Source of the DNA: Scenedesmus sp. PABB004
Taxonomy: Eukaryota
Direction of reading: 5' to 3'
Assembly (NCBI GenBank): GCA_014905635.1
Contig: CM026548.1
Location: 1 to 64,000 of the forward strand
DNA length: 64,000 nucleotides
Shown here: positions 45,611-57,060 of the stretch, one piece after another
Position numbering within the stretch: position 1 is the first letter of the stretch
How the letters are laid out: every line of letters begins with the position of its first letter
The notes under the pieces: generated by a model
The model's input: the letters and a program-made list of their open reading frames with translations, nothing else
Told to the model about the DNA's origin: nothing
Database searches by the model: none
Program-made: the position numbers and the translations under genes

Positions 45611-47453
45611 TCAGGCCACCGCCAGCGCCGGCGCGTCGGCCATGTCGACGGCGGGGCCCTCGCGCGCCGCCGCGGGGCGCGGCGCGGCTGCGCGGGGGCC
45701 GGCGCCGGCGCCGCCGCCGGCGCGCGCGAGGCCGCCAAACACGGACGCCGTCGTGGCGGCCAGCTGCTCCTCGGTGAGGCTCACCGCGGCGAGCAGCTCC
45801 CACGCGGCCGCCTCTGTGAAGGAGTCGTAGTCGGCCGCGCGCTTGAGCACCATGTGCCCGCTGATCTCCCAGACCGCGGGGTTGACGCCCACGTCGAGCA
45901 GGGCCTCCGGGACCTCGCCGCGCGCGGTGCGCTCCGCGTAGCGCTGCGGGAAGATGAACACGCGGCCCCCGCAGTCGGCAATGAGCACGTTGTGCGGCAG
46001 GTTGGCCGCCTGCATCGCGCGCGCCGCGCCGCCGACGACGGCCGCCATCGCCGCGAGGCTGGGCCCCTCGACCACCCACCCCCGCACGGGGTAGTCGGCC
46101 AGCAGCCCCAGCCGCACGCCGCCGGGCAGCGGCCCCGGCAGCGCGCCGGGCGGCAGGTCGGCCACGGGCGCGCGCTCGCAGGGCAGCGGCGCCGCGAGGT
46201 AGTAGGCCTGGAAGTGGAGGTGGTTGATCGTGGCAAACGCGCCGAGCGAGTTGAACCCCACGCGCAGGTAGGGGTTGCCCACCTCGAGCGCAAAGTGCAG
46301 CGCCGACAGCGCGGTCTCGGGGCAGAGGAGCTGGGGGATGCAGTCGAGCACGCGCGGGCAGAGCAGGACGTGGCCATACTCGATCGGCGACACGTTGATG
46401 AGCACCACGCTCGGGCTCGCGCCCGCGAGCCCCGCCTCCTCAAAGCCCGACCCGCCGCCCGACCCGGGGGCGGCCGGCTCAAACGCAAAGAGCACCTCGC
46501 GGCGGAAGGCCTTGTTGAAGTTGAACTTGGCGCCGTCAAAGGCCTGCACCACCGCGTCGACGCGGAACTCGGTCGCCCGCTTCTTGCTGTAGCGGCCCTC
46601 GTTCAGCTGCGCGACAAAGCCGTACCGCCCCGGCACGACCTTGGTGGGGCAGGCCGTCACGTCGTACCTGCGCGGCCGCGGGGTGGCGGGCGCGGGGCGG
46701 GGCGGGCGCGGGGCGGGGCGGCAGGGTGGGCGCGGTGCTGCCGCCGCCGCTGCTGCCCACCGCCGCCGCTGCCGCCGCGGGCAGGCAGCGCCGATGCCGC
46801 CGCGACCGCTGCCCGCCCGCGCGCGGCTCGCGCACCTGAACAGGCCCTGCTCCGCGCGCTCCTCCCACATCGCGAGCAGCACGCTGTCGAGCAGGCTCTT
46901 CACGGGCACGCACCCCGCGTCGACCACGCTGCCCTCGCACGACGAGGCGCTCTCGTCGAGCGGCTCCGCGACCGCAAAGCCCTCGCCGCCGTACGCGGCC
47001 AGCAGCGCGGCCTTGCTGGGCGGCACGCCGCCGCCGGCCGCGGCGAGCGCGGCGAGCGCGGTGCCGCCGCGCGGCGCGACGGGCGGCTCGCCGCCACTGC
47101 CCTCGCTGCGGGCGCGGGGCGGCGCGGGGCGGGGCGTCAGGCGGCCGCGCGCGTGCGCGCTCGGCCGCGCCGCCGCTGCCGCCGCGCGGTCGCTGCTGCC
47201 GCCGGCGCTCGGTTGCCGCTGCCGCGCACCTGCTGTCGTCCACGTCGGGCACGCGCGCAAAGTCGGTGGCGGAGGCGATGCGGGGGAGGGGCACGGCGTC
47301 GGTGGGGTAGGAGTACTTGGGCAGCCGCGTCCAGGCGAGGCCGGCGACGGGGGCCTCGGGATGCAGCTCGCCTGCCCCCGCGCCGTCCGGGCGGGGCTCC
47401 TCCAGCTGCTGCAGGGAGACGACCGTCTGGACGCGCTTCAGGTAGAGCGCCAT
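45611..47453 (-). CDS. VTC2: GDP-L-galactose phosphorylase (ascorbate biosynthesis), 3 exons
   Basis: LKRVQTVVS, WEER..GLFRYDVTAC, FVAQLNEGR..KKRATEFRVD, KFNFNK, INVSPIEYGHVLL, and HIT motif NSLGAFATINHLHFQAYY. Confidence 0.96.
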
Positions 47454-47534
47454 GGCGCGCTGCTAGCTGTGCTGCCTAGGTGACGCCCGGGCGTGGTGCA
47501 GCGATGCCGCTGCTCCCGCTTTCGCTGGCCGCCT

Positions 47535-47669
47535 TCACGAGCCGCCGGCCTGGGCGAGGAGGTCAGCAGGCAGCGCCTTGGACCACGACAGCGGGCAGCC
47601 ACGGCCTCCGCCCCGAATGCTGCTCCGCACGGGCGCGCCGGCCCGCCGCGCGGCCTTGAGCGACGCCGT
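47535..47669 (-). CDS. Putative conserved-peptide uORF with non-AUG (ACG) start in the VTC2 5' leader, 44 aa
   Basis: GCCACA-ACG-G start. Translates (M)ASLKAARRAGAPVRSSIRGGGRGCPLSWSKALPADLLAQAGGS*. No in-frame ATG; the stop lies 81 nt before the VTC2 ATG. Confidence 0.78.
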   Translation of the reverse strand, partial: TASLKAARRAGAPVRSSIRGGGRGCPLSWSKALPADLLAQAGGS

Positions 47670-48096
47670 TGTGGCGAGCTTGACGACAGGAGGGTCTCAC
47701 ACTCGGCGCGCGGGCGCTGCGGCGCGCGCCAGCTTGTGGTGCGGAGGGCGCTGCTGGCCGGAGAGCGGGCGAGCTCTGAGAGCGTGGGTGCTCAGCTGCG
47801 GGCTCAGGGGACGGAATGTGAGCGCCGTGGAATGCACGCGGGCGGCGGCATCGGCGCATTAGCGCGGCATCGTGGTGCAGCAGCACTGCACAGGGCTCAA
47901 AGCCAGTGACAAGTGCGCCTAGCCGCGATCAGAGCTGCCCATAGCTCCCCGGACGACGGCAATTGCGCACGAAAGAGGCCGCTGCACCTGGCGCGGCCCG
48001 GCACCGCGCGCCGCTGCTCCGAGGCAGGCGGGCCTGGCCCAAAAGAGAAAGAGCGCCCGCGTGCGCGCCCGGCCGCCGCCGCCTCGCCTGCCTGCT

Positions 48097-48101
48097 TTAC
48101 A
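48097..48101 (-). promoter_or_regulatory. TGTAA polyadenylation signal (ABCG gene)
   Basis: TTACA on + strand about 240 nt past the stop at 48343. Confidence 0.55.
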
Positions 48102-48342
48102 CCGCGCTGTGTGTGTTCATGCTGAGGGAGACCAGGCCTGTGTGCCGGTCAGTTCAGTGCGCCCCGCTGCGTCTGTCGCTCCCTGGTCAACGCTGCGTCA
48201 GCCCGCCCGCCGCCCCCGCCCCGGTTTCTTCCTCATCCATGCAGGCGCGCCCGGCGCGCCCGTGCCGCGCCGCCGCCTCGGCGCGCGCCCGTGCTGCGCC
48301 GCCTCGGCGCGCGCCCGTGCCGCGCCGCCGCGTCGGCGCGCC

Positions 48343-51300
48343 TCAGCGCGCCTCCTTGCGCGCGGAGAGCAGCATCGCCGCGTACGTCGCGCCGTGCATG
48401 GCGGCGAGGTAGCCGAGCAGGATGGCCACGCTGTGGCCAAAGGGCCGCCCAAACGCAAAGTAGTCGGCGATCGCGCCGGTGTTGACCGCGCAGCTGGCGG
48501 CGGTGGGGCGGACGTGGGCGTGAGCGGCGGGGGCGTGAGCGGCGGGGGCGTGAGCGGCGGCCGCGCGGCGTGCGCGGGCGCCCCGGCCGCGCCGCGCCGC
48601 GCGCGCGCCGCACTTTGGCTGCGGGCGCGCGAGCGAGTTGAGCACGCCGCGCTGGCTGGGGTTTAGGCCCGGGAAGGCGGTGAGGATGAACCCCAGGTAC
48701 GCGTCGTCCAGCCCCGCGCTGCAGTCGAGGGCGACCGACGTGAACTCGTTGAGCACGAGCGCCTCAAAGCCAAAGTACAGCGCGCTCACGTAGCGCAGCT
48801 GCGTGAGCCAGTGGTTGTACGTGACCTGTGGGTGTGGGTGGGCGGGTGTGTGTGTGTGTGGGTGGGTGTGTGCGCGTGTGCTGGGGTGTTGCGCGTGTGC
48901 TGGGCGGCGGCGGCGGCGAGCCCTGCCCCCTCGTGCGCGGCCGGCCGCGTGCGCGCCTCGCTGAAGTTGACGAAGAAGGTTGACACCAGCATCTGCACCG
49001 TCGTCCACACGATGCTCAGCATGAATGCAGTGTCCTGGTTGGGGGCAAAGATTGCGCACGCGTGCAGCACCTGCGCAGGGGGCGGCGGCGCGGGGCGGGG
49101 TTCAGCGGGGCCACGCGGCGCGGGCGGCGGTGGGATGCGGCAGGCGCGGTCGGGGGCGGGGGCGCGAGGCGGCCGCCCGCCGCGGCCGCCCCCGCCGCCC
49201 CCGACCGCGCCTGCACGCTGATGAGGTACACCAGCGTCACGACCGCGCCAAACTTGACGATGTGCACGCCGCCGGGGCGCATGCCGGCCATGCCGTACAG
49301 CGTCCACGCAAAGCACAGCGCGCACACGACCTGGAACGGCGTCGTCACGCACACCTGCGCGGCTTGGCGGCGGCGGCGGCGTGAGCGGGGCGCGGCAGGG
49401 CGCGGCGCGCATGGCGGCCCCGGCCGCCGCGCTGCCGCCGCCGCGGCCGCGGCCGCGCCTTGGCTGCGTAGTATGCTGCGGGCCTGTAGAGCTTTGCGCT
49501 CGCGTCTGCGAGGTAGAACTTTTTGTCGCTGGTGTAGAGGCCCATGGAGATGTAGGGCATGAGCACCACGAAGGAGAGGGAGACGTAGCAGAGGTTGAGC
49601 CGCGCGCGCAGGCTGCTCGCGTCGGGGGGCATGCCGTAGTAGAGCAGGCCGATGAGGATGGCGACCCACGTGAACGTCAGCGCGCTGTCGTGGCCAGGCG
49701 GCGCGGCCAGGGGGCGGACGGGGGGAGGGGGGGTGCGTGTGGGTGGTGTGGTGGGCGGTGGGTGGGCGGTTGAGCGAGTGCGCGGGGAGCAAGGAGGGCT
49801 GAGCGGCGGCGGCCGAGCGCGCGCCGCGCGCGCGCCGCGCGCCGCGTGCGCCACGCACCGCGCGGCGACGTCAAAGGGGTTGCGCGTGACGAGGATGAAC
49901 TCCCTGCTCAGGAGGCTGAGGAACTGGCGCCCCGCGCCGGTGGGGTACTTGGACCGGCGGTCGGGGGCGAGCTCGGCCAGGCCCTGGCCCTTGGACACGA
50001 TGCTGCGCACGCGGCCCGCGAGCCGGCCGCCCGCGGCAAAGCTGCCCGGCGCCGGCGCGTCCGGCGCCGGCACAAACGACTCGGTCTGCGCCCACGGCGC
50101 GGCGGGCGCGCGCGGGGCGGAGGGTTGGCCGGCGCGCCCGCGCGGCCCGGCCCGGCCGCCCCGGCGGCGCCGCCTCGCCGAGCTTGCCGTCCCCCCAACC
50201 GCCCACGCACGCGCAGGTAGTGCTCTCTGAACGCCTTGGCCGCCGCCGCGAGGTCGTCCCTGGTGCGCATCGTCGCGCCGTAGTACTTGGCCGGCTTGGC
50301 AAACCCCACCGCGACCAGGTCCAGCGCCCAGTCGGACGCGACGCCTGCGCGGCGCGCGCGCGCGGCGGCACGCTCGGCGGGGGGCGCCGGCGGCAGGGCA
50401 CCGGCCGCGCGTGGCCCGCGGGCGCAGGCTCTGCGGGCTCTGCGCGCGCGCGCACCCTGCTGCAGCGGGTCGTGTGTGTAGCCGAGTGAGCCAAACCAGG
50501 CGGTCATGCCCTCGCGCTGTCCGTGATACATGAGCCGCCCGCCCGCGAGCAGCGTGACCTTGTCAAACATGGCCCAGATCGCGGCGCGGGGCTGGTGGAT
50601 GGTCGCGACGATGATGTGCTCCGCCGCGCGCGCCATGCGCTGCAGGTGGCCCATCACGCTCAGCGCGGCAAAGCTGTCCAGCCCGCTCGTCGGCTCGTCC
50701 AGGAACAGCACGCCCGGCGCGGCGAGGATGCCGGCCGCGATGGACAGCCGCTTGCGCTCGCCACCGCTCAGGCCGCGCATCATCAGCCCGCCCGGCAGCG
50801 TGCCGCCGACCTGACGCGGGCGGCGGCCAAGGTTTAGGGTAAGGAGTTCAGGGCGGCCGGCGACCGGCGGCGGTCGGCGGCGGTCGGCCGCGCGGCCTGC
50901 CCCCACCCCCGCCCCAGCGCGACCCGCGCGCCCGCACCAGAGTGTGCTGCGCGTGGCCGAGGCCGACCGCGTCGAGCACCTCGGACAGGCGCTCCGCGCG
51001 GCGCGCCGTAGGCCAGGTGGCGGGCAGGATGACGCGCGCGTAGAAGCGCAGCGTCTCGGCCGTCGTCATGGTCGGCACAAAGTTGTCCTCCTGCAGGCGC
51101 GTGGGCAGTTGTGAGCGCGCGTGGGCCGCGGCGTGCGCGCGAGGCGCGGCGCCGCCGCCTGCCGGCCTCCCTGGCCGCCTCGTAAGCGCGCGCGTGGCGC
51201 CAGCACAGCCCCTCTCTACACTCCTCGGTCACACACGCACGCACGCACGCACCTGCGGGACGTACGCGGTCTGCCGTATGAAGCTGCGCCCCGCGGGGCG

Positions 51301-52172
51301 GCCGTTGAGCAGCAGGCGGCCGCTGAGCGCGCCGACGCTCTTGCGCATTGCCAGTATGTCCATGAACGTGCTCTTGCCCGCGCCGCTGGGGCCCATCAGC
51401 GCCTGCGTCGACGCCGCGCCGCGCCGCCGCGCAGGGCGGCGCGCCACGTCAGGTCGGCGGCACGCTGCCGGGCGGGCTGATGATGCTCGGCCTGAGGCGC
51501 CGCGCCCCCGCGCCGCGCGCCGCGCGCCTGCATCTCGCCCGGCGCCGCCTTGCCCCAGACGTCGGCGAGGACGACCTTGACCAACCCGTGGCTGCTGTAC
51601 GCGCAGCCCATGCCCTGCCACTCCATGGTCAGCCGCTCCGGCGCGACGCTCATGTGCTGTCGCAGCGTCGAGCACGCGACCGGCGACACGTCCGGCACGT
51701 CGTCCTCGTCGTGCACGCTGTCGCTGTCGCTGCCGCTGCCGCTGCCGCTGCCGCTGCCGCCGTCGCCGTCGCACTCTGCGCCTGGAGCGCCGGGCCCCTC
51801 GCCGCGCTCAAACTTGGACTGCCCGTCCTCCTGGTCGCGCTGCGGCGCCGCGTCGGGCCGCGCGGCCGCGGCGCACGGCTCCGGCGGCGAGCCTACGCGC
51901 GGGCGCGGCCAGGGCGGCGAGGTCGGGTCACGCGGCCGATGGAGCGGCGCCGCGGCGGCAGGCGCGGCCGCCGCACCTGGGCCGTCCAGGCTCGCCTTGC
52001 GCGCGCCATCGAGGGAGGTCCGCCGCGCGTGCGCATGCTTCTTCCTTTTGCGGCGAAACAGCAGTGGCACGCCCTCCAGCGCCCCCAGCTTGAGGGTCTT
52101 CGCAAACCAGAAGAGCGCAAAGACGTGCGCGAACGCCGCCACCGGCACCCACAGCGCTACGATCGCGACCAT
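48343..52172 (-). CDS. ABCG (White-type) half transporter; multi-exon
   Basis: Walker A ALMGPSGAGKSTFMDILA, AYVPQ, signature RGLSGGERKRLSIA, Walker B FLDEPTSGLDS, TIHQP, ABC2 membrane domain (LRYVSALYFGFEALVLNEF). Confidence 0.93.
50767..51496. repeat. Inverted repeat pair, 50-bp arms at 50767-50816 and 51447-51496 (49/50 match)
   Basis: Reverse complement of 50767-50816 is cgtcaggtcggcggcacgctgccgggcgggctgatgatgcgcggcctgag. 51447-51496 differs at one base (..atgctcgg..). Confidence 0.93.
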
Positions 52173-52350
52173 GCCGGCCGCGCACGGGGGCCTCGCGGAA
52201 GGGCGCCTGGGTCGGGTGCCACGCGGGTCAGGGAGCAGGAGAGAGGGCGGGGCTGGCAGGGGGCGCGGCGCAGCGGCGTCACCAGCGGCGGCAGCGCCGC
52301 TGCTCCGGCGGCGGCCCGCCGCACCTGGGCCGTCCAGGCTCGCCTTGCGC
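51968..52350. repeat. Direct duplication, 35-bp identical core (51968-52002 and 52316-52350) with diverged flanks
   Basis: ccgccgcacctgggccgtccaggctcgccttgcgc occurs twice; it encodes RKASLDGP plus a splice donor on the minus strand. Confidence 0.88.
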
Positions 52351-52669
52351 CCGCCGCCGAGGAAGGTCCGGGGCGCCGGAATGGGGCTGGGGCGGCGCAA
52401 TTCAGCCGCGCGGCGGGGCGCCCTCGGCAGCAGCAGTGATGGCTGGCGCGCGCGTGCCGGGGCTGCGCGCGGCAGGCGCGTCGGTCGCGCTGGGCGGCGT
52501 CGACGCTGAGCTCTGCTCGACGCGGCCGCGCGGCTCGCGTTGGCCCGGGCGCAGCGCCGCCGCGCGCCGCCGCACGTCACTCGCGCGCCCGGCCCACGGC
52601 ATGACGCTGCGACGCCGTGCGGCGGCGCTCGGCCGGGCGCCCGTTACTACAGCCTCGCCGCCCCACGCC

Positions 52670-54802
52670 TCAGTACGGCGCGCCGTCGCCTCCGCTCAGT
52701 GCCGCGCCGTCGCACGCCTTCTCGGCGCTCGACGGCCGCGACGGCGGCTTGGCCGGCGGCGCGCCCGCGCCCGGCGGCGCGGGCGACAGCACCTGCTGCG
52801 CCGCGCAGCGGTGCTCCGCGAGCGGCTGCCGCTGCGGCGGCGCTGGCGGCGCCGCCTGCTGCGGCGCGCCGGCCGGCGCAGCCGCCGGCTGCGCCTGGAT
52901 GCGCCGCTGGGCGGGCGCTGCGCCCGGCCCCGCCTGCTGCTGCGCCGCCGCGGGCGGGCCGCCGCCGACAGGGCCCTGCTGCTGCGCCGGCGGGAGCGGC
53001 GCCGGCGCATAGCCGTCCGCCGTCCCCGGCGGCTGGCCCAGCCGCAGCATGCCGGGCGGCGCGCCCGGGGCGTCGCCGGCCTGCGCCGCGGCCACAAACT
53101 CCTGGGCAGCGACCAGCGCGGTGTGTATCTGGCAGCGGCGGCGGCGGCGGCACGCAGCGGCGTCGGCGGCGCGCGGCGGGCGCAGCAGCAGCCCGCGGCC
53201 GCACCCGGGCGCGGCGCCGCGCGCGCTCACCGAGCGCGCGATGGGCAGGCCCTCCCGTGCCGCGGCGGGCACGAGCAGCGCGCCGAGCATCGCCCGCTTG
53301 TCCAGGCCCAGCACGCGCGGCTGCCACGCGCAGCTCGCCGCGAGCGCGGGCGTCCAGCGCTCGGGGCCGAGCAGGTCCTGCGCGAGCTCCTTCAGCCGCG
53401 ACTGCGTGCGTGCAGGTGGGCAGGCGGTCGGCGGTCGGCGCGCCGTCGCGCGGCGCGGCGCGGGCGAGTGAGCGCGGGCGCCCGCCGTCTGCGCGCGCGG
53501 GCGGCGGCGGCGCGCGCGCGTGCCTGGTCGCGCTGCGTTGCGAGCAGGTTGACCAGCAGGCCGAGCCAGCGCTCGTAGCCCGCCGCGTCGGCGAGCAGCA
53601 GCGCGCGCATGAGCTGCGTGCCCGCCTCCTTGCGCCGCCACACGTCGTCGTCGGGCGCCGGCGCGGGCAGACGCAGCGGCGCGCCGCCGCCGGCGGCGGC
53701 CGCGGCCGCCGCGGACGCGCGCAGGCGCTCCGCGTCGCCGCTGAGCGCGATGGCGCTCGTGGGCGGCACGCTGCCGGCGAGCTCGGCCGCGCCCGGCTGC
53801 AGCTGCAGCCAGAGGCCCAGGCCCGCGTGGTAGAGCCAGCCGGAGCCGTCAGTCAGCACCGCGACGTGCGCGCGCGCGCCGTGCCCGCCGTCGCCGCCGC
53901 TGACCCAGGCGTCGTGCAGCCCCGTGCCGGGCGGGCAGGCGGCGAGCAGCGGCGCGAGGCTGACGGGCGGCGTGGGGCCCATGAGCCGGGCGTTGGCGTT
54001 GAAGTCCAGCAGCAGTAGCTCGCCGTCGGCCGACACCACCTGCAGCTGGTACCGCCCATCGCCGCACGACAGCCGCACCGGCGGCGCGCCCAGCGCGAGC
54101 GGCGGCAGCAGCATGGTGCCGCCGGGCCGCCACGTGTGCAGCAGGCCGGCCGACGTCGCGGCGGCCGCAAAGTAGGCGCTGCCCGCCACCGCCACGACCT
54201 GCGGCACGGCGGCCGGACGGCCGCGCGCTCGCGGCGCGCGCAGGCGCGGCGCGCGGCGGAGCGCGGCGCGGCGGCGCCGCCCGCACCTCGCCCTGGACCT
54301 TGTCCCGCCAGCTCACGTCGCCGCCGACCTCGAACACCACCTCCGCGACCCGCGCGCCGCCAGCGCCCGCGCCGTTGGCCGCGGCCAGCACCACGGGCAC
54401 CACCTGCCCGCCCGCCGCGCCGCCGGGCCCCTGCGGCCGCGGCTGCACCACGCGCACCGTGGTCAGCTCTGCCTCGAGCCGCGACCACACCGGCGGCGCG
54501 CCCAGCAGCCAGCCACCGCCGGGCGCGCCGCCGCCGCCGCCGCCGGCGCGCGCCTGGCGCAGCAGCTGCTGCCCTGCGCCCTGCCCGCCGGCCGCTGCGG
54601 GGCGCTTGGCGAGCAGCCCCGCCGCCGGCGCGGGCTGCACGCGCTTGCGGCTGGCAGCCGCGGCGCCCGCCGCGGCGCCCGGCTGCTGCAGCGTGCCGCT
54701 GGTGATGCCCGCGCCCTGCGGCATCAGCCGCGCCTCCAGCAGCCCCGCGCTGCCGCCGCCGCCGGCGCCGCCGCCGACCGCTTGCGGCGTGAGCCGCCGC
54801 GG

Positions 54803-54833
<31 letters not shown>

Positions 54834-56664
54834 ACGGGCGCGGGCGCGGGCGCGGGCACGGGCGCGGGCAGCGCGGACAGCGCCGGCGGTGCCGCGCCGC
54901 CCGACGCCGGCCGCGCCGCCGCAGCTGCGCCGGCCGCCAGGCGCGCCAGCTCCGCGTCCTCCACCGCGCCGCCGCCGCCGCCGGCGCCGGGCGCGCCGGC
55001 GCGGCCCGCGGCCGCGCCGTGCGGCCCTGCCGCGCCCGCCGCCGCTGCCGCGCCGTACTCCGCCTCCATCACCGCCCGATACTCCGCCTCGCTCAGGGAC
55101 CGGCCGAGCTCCGCCTCGGAGAACCTGCGGCCGGGCGGCCGGGCGCGCGCCGCTCGGCGCCCGGCGCGGCCCCGCCCGGGCAGCACAGCGCGGCAGCGCG
55201 GCGGCGCGGCAGCAGCGTGGGTCGCGCGGTGGCGTCCGCGCGTCGGCGGCGCCGCCTCACCGCACGACGGTGATTGAGTCGTCGGTGCTCGCGGCAACAA
55301 GCGTGTAGCCGTCCGGCGTCCACGCGAGGTCGACCACCGACGCGGCGTGCAGCTGCTGCAGCACCACCAGCGGCAGCGGGAGGTCGCTGCACCACACGCT
55401 CGCGCCCTTGTCGTTGCTGCCGGCGGCGAGCACAAAGCTGTGCGTGTCCTCAAAGCCGGCGCACTCGGCGCCGCCGCGCTGCGCGGCGCCGCCGCCCGGC
55501 TCGCCGCCGTCCGCCTGCGCGCGCACGCTGTCGGCCTGGGCGCTGCGCGCCGCGGTGAGAGCGCGGGGCGCGTAGAAGAGGCGCGGGTTGGCCACCACCG
55601 CGACGACGGCCGACTTGTGGCCGACCAGCTGGACCTGCTCCCAGCTCTGCCGCTTGAGCAGGCAGACCGTGGGCTGCCCCCCGCTCACGGCGCTCGCCGC
55701 CATGAGCTGCTCGCCGTCAGGGCTCCAGCTGATCCTGCGCGCCGCGGCGGCGCAGCGCGGGCGCGCGGGCGTGCGCGGGCGTGCGCGTCGGCGCGTGTGC
55801 GCGTGCGCGGCGCCGCCCCGCCCGGGGTCCCCCTGCCCGCGCCGCCAGGCACGCCCCCCCCCCCCCCTGCTGGGCCTCACTTGAGCTTGAAGGCCATCTC
55901 TGGCGCGCGGTCAAACACGTCGCGCACGTGCGCGACGGGCGCCCAGTCCTTGGCGACGTCCCAGACCTTGACGCCGTTGCGGCCCTGGCTCGCGAGGTAG
56001 CGGCCGAGCGGGTCAAACGCGAGGCCCTTGACCCAGCCGTTGTGCACGTCGCGCCGGATCGCGTGCAGCGGCGCCGCGGCGCCGTCGGGGCCGACGCTGT
56101 GCAGCAGCACCGTGCCGTCCATGGAGCAGCTCGCGAGCACGGCGTCCCCCGGCGCCCACGCGAGGCCGGTGACGTCGAGCGAGTGCCCGCGCAGCGCCGC
56201 GGCGACGCGCCAGTTCTCGAGGTTGACAAACGCCGCGCCGAGCTTGGCGGTGCCGGGGCCCGGCGCGAGGCGGTACAGCAGGACCGCGTTGTCGTTGCCG
56301 CCGCTCGCCAGCAGCGCGCCGCCGTGGCTGAAGCGCGCCGTCAGCACGCCGCCCTGGTGCTCCGACAGCGTCGCGAGCAGCTTGGGCACGCCCGGGTCGG
56401 ACTCCGCCGCGGGGTCGAGGATGGGCAGCAGGTTCCACACCTTGATCTGCGGCGCTGTGCCGCACGTCACCAGGCGCCGCCCGCCCGGGTGCACGTCCAC
56501 TGCCATGATGCCCTCCGGGTCTGCGGACGCGCGGCGGCGGCCGCCCCGCCGCCGGCTCGGCGCGGCGCGCGCCGTTCGAGCGGCGGGCGCGCTGCTGCCG
56601 CCGCCGCACGGGCGCGTCGGCGCTCACGGTGGTGAGCCACCCATTCCGGCTTGTCCACAATCAT
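52670..56664 (-). CDS. HIRA: Histone H3.3 chaperone HIRA (WD40 + B-domain + C-terminal Hira domain)
   Basis: MIVDKPEWVAH, AVDVHPGGRRLVTCG, PKLLATLSEH, NLENWR..LRGHSLDVTGLAWAP..LASCSMD, WVKGLAFDPLGRYLASQ, SWSPDG, VVDLAWTPDG, B-domain-like RRLTP/RKRVQP, RLKELAQDLLGP. Confidence 0.92.
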
Positions 56665-56928
56665 GGTTCCAATGCTCAGGCGGGCATGGCGGGGCTGATA
56701 GGCGCGCCGGGGCGGGGGTGATGGCGCGCGATGCTGCTGCGGCCCGAACTTTGAACTCTGGCGGCGTCCCGGCCCAGGCGCGAGATCGAGGCTGACGGTC
56801 GGGGCGCGGCGAGGTCTGGGCGGTGCGCGCGGTGCGCGCAGCGACGGTTGTCGTGCCGGGGCGCAGCCGCAGCGGTTGAGCGGCGCGGTGTGGTGGCGGC
56901 GGCGCCCCCGCCGCTGCACTGCCGTCCA

Positions 56929-56965
<37 letters not shown>

Positions 56966-57060
56966 CGCCGCCGCCGCCGCTGCCCCGCCGTCCACCACGC
57001 CGCCGCCGCCGCTGCGCTCCGCACCGAGCGCTGCGGCCGCTGCTGTGCGGCGGGCGCGCG

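Noticed and set aside
50831..50840. Interstitial telomere seeds (GGTTTAGGG here, GGGTTAGGG near 3327)
   Set aside because: Single units inside introns; on the coding strand they read as CCCTAA(A/C)C, i.e. branch-point-like sequence near acceptors.
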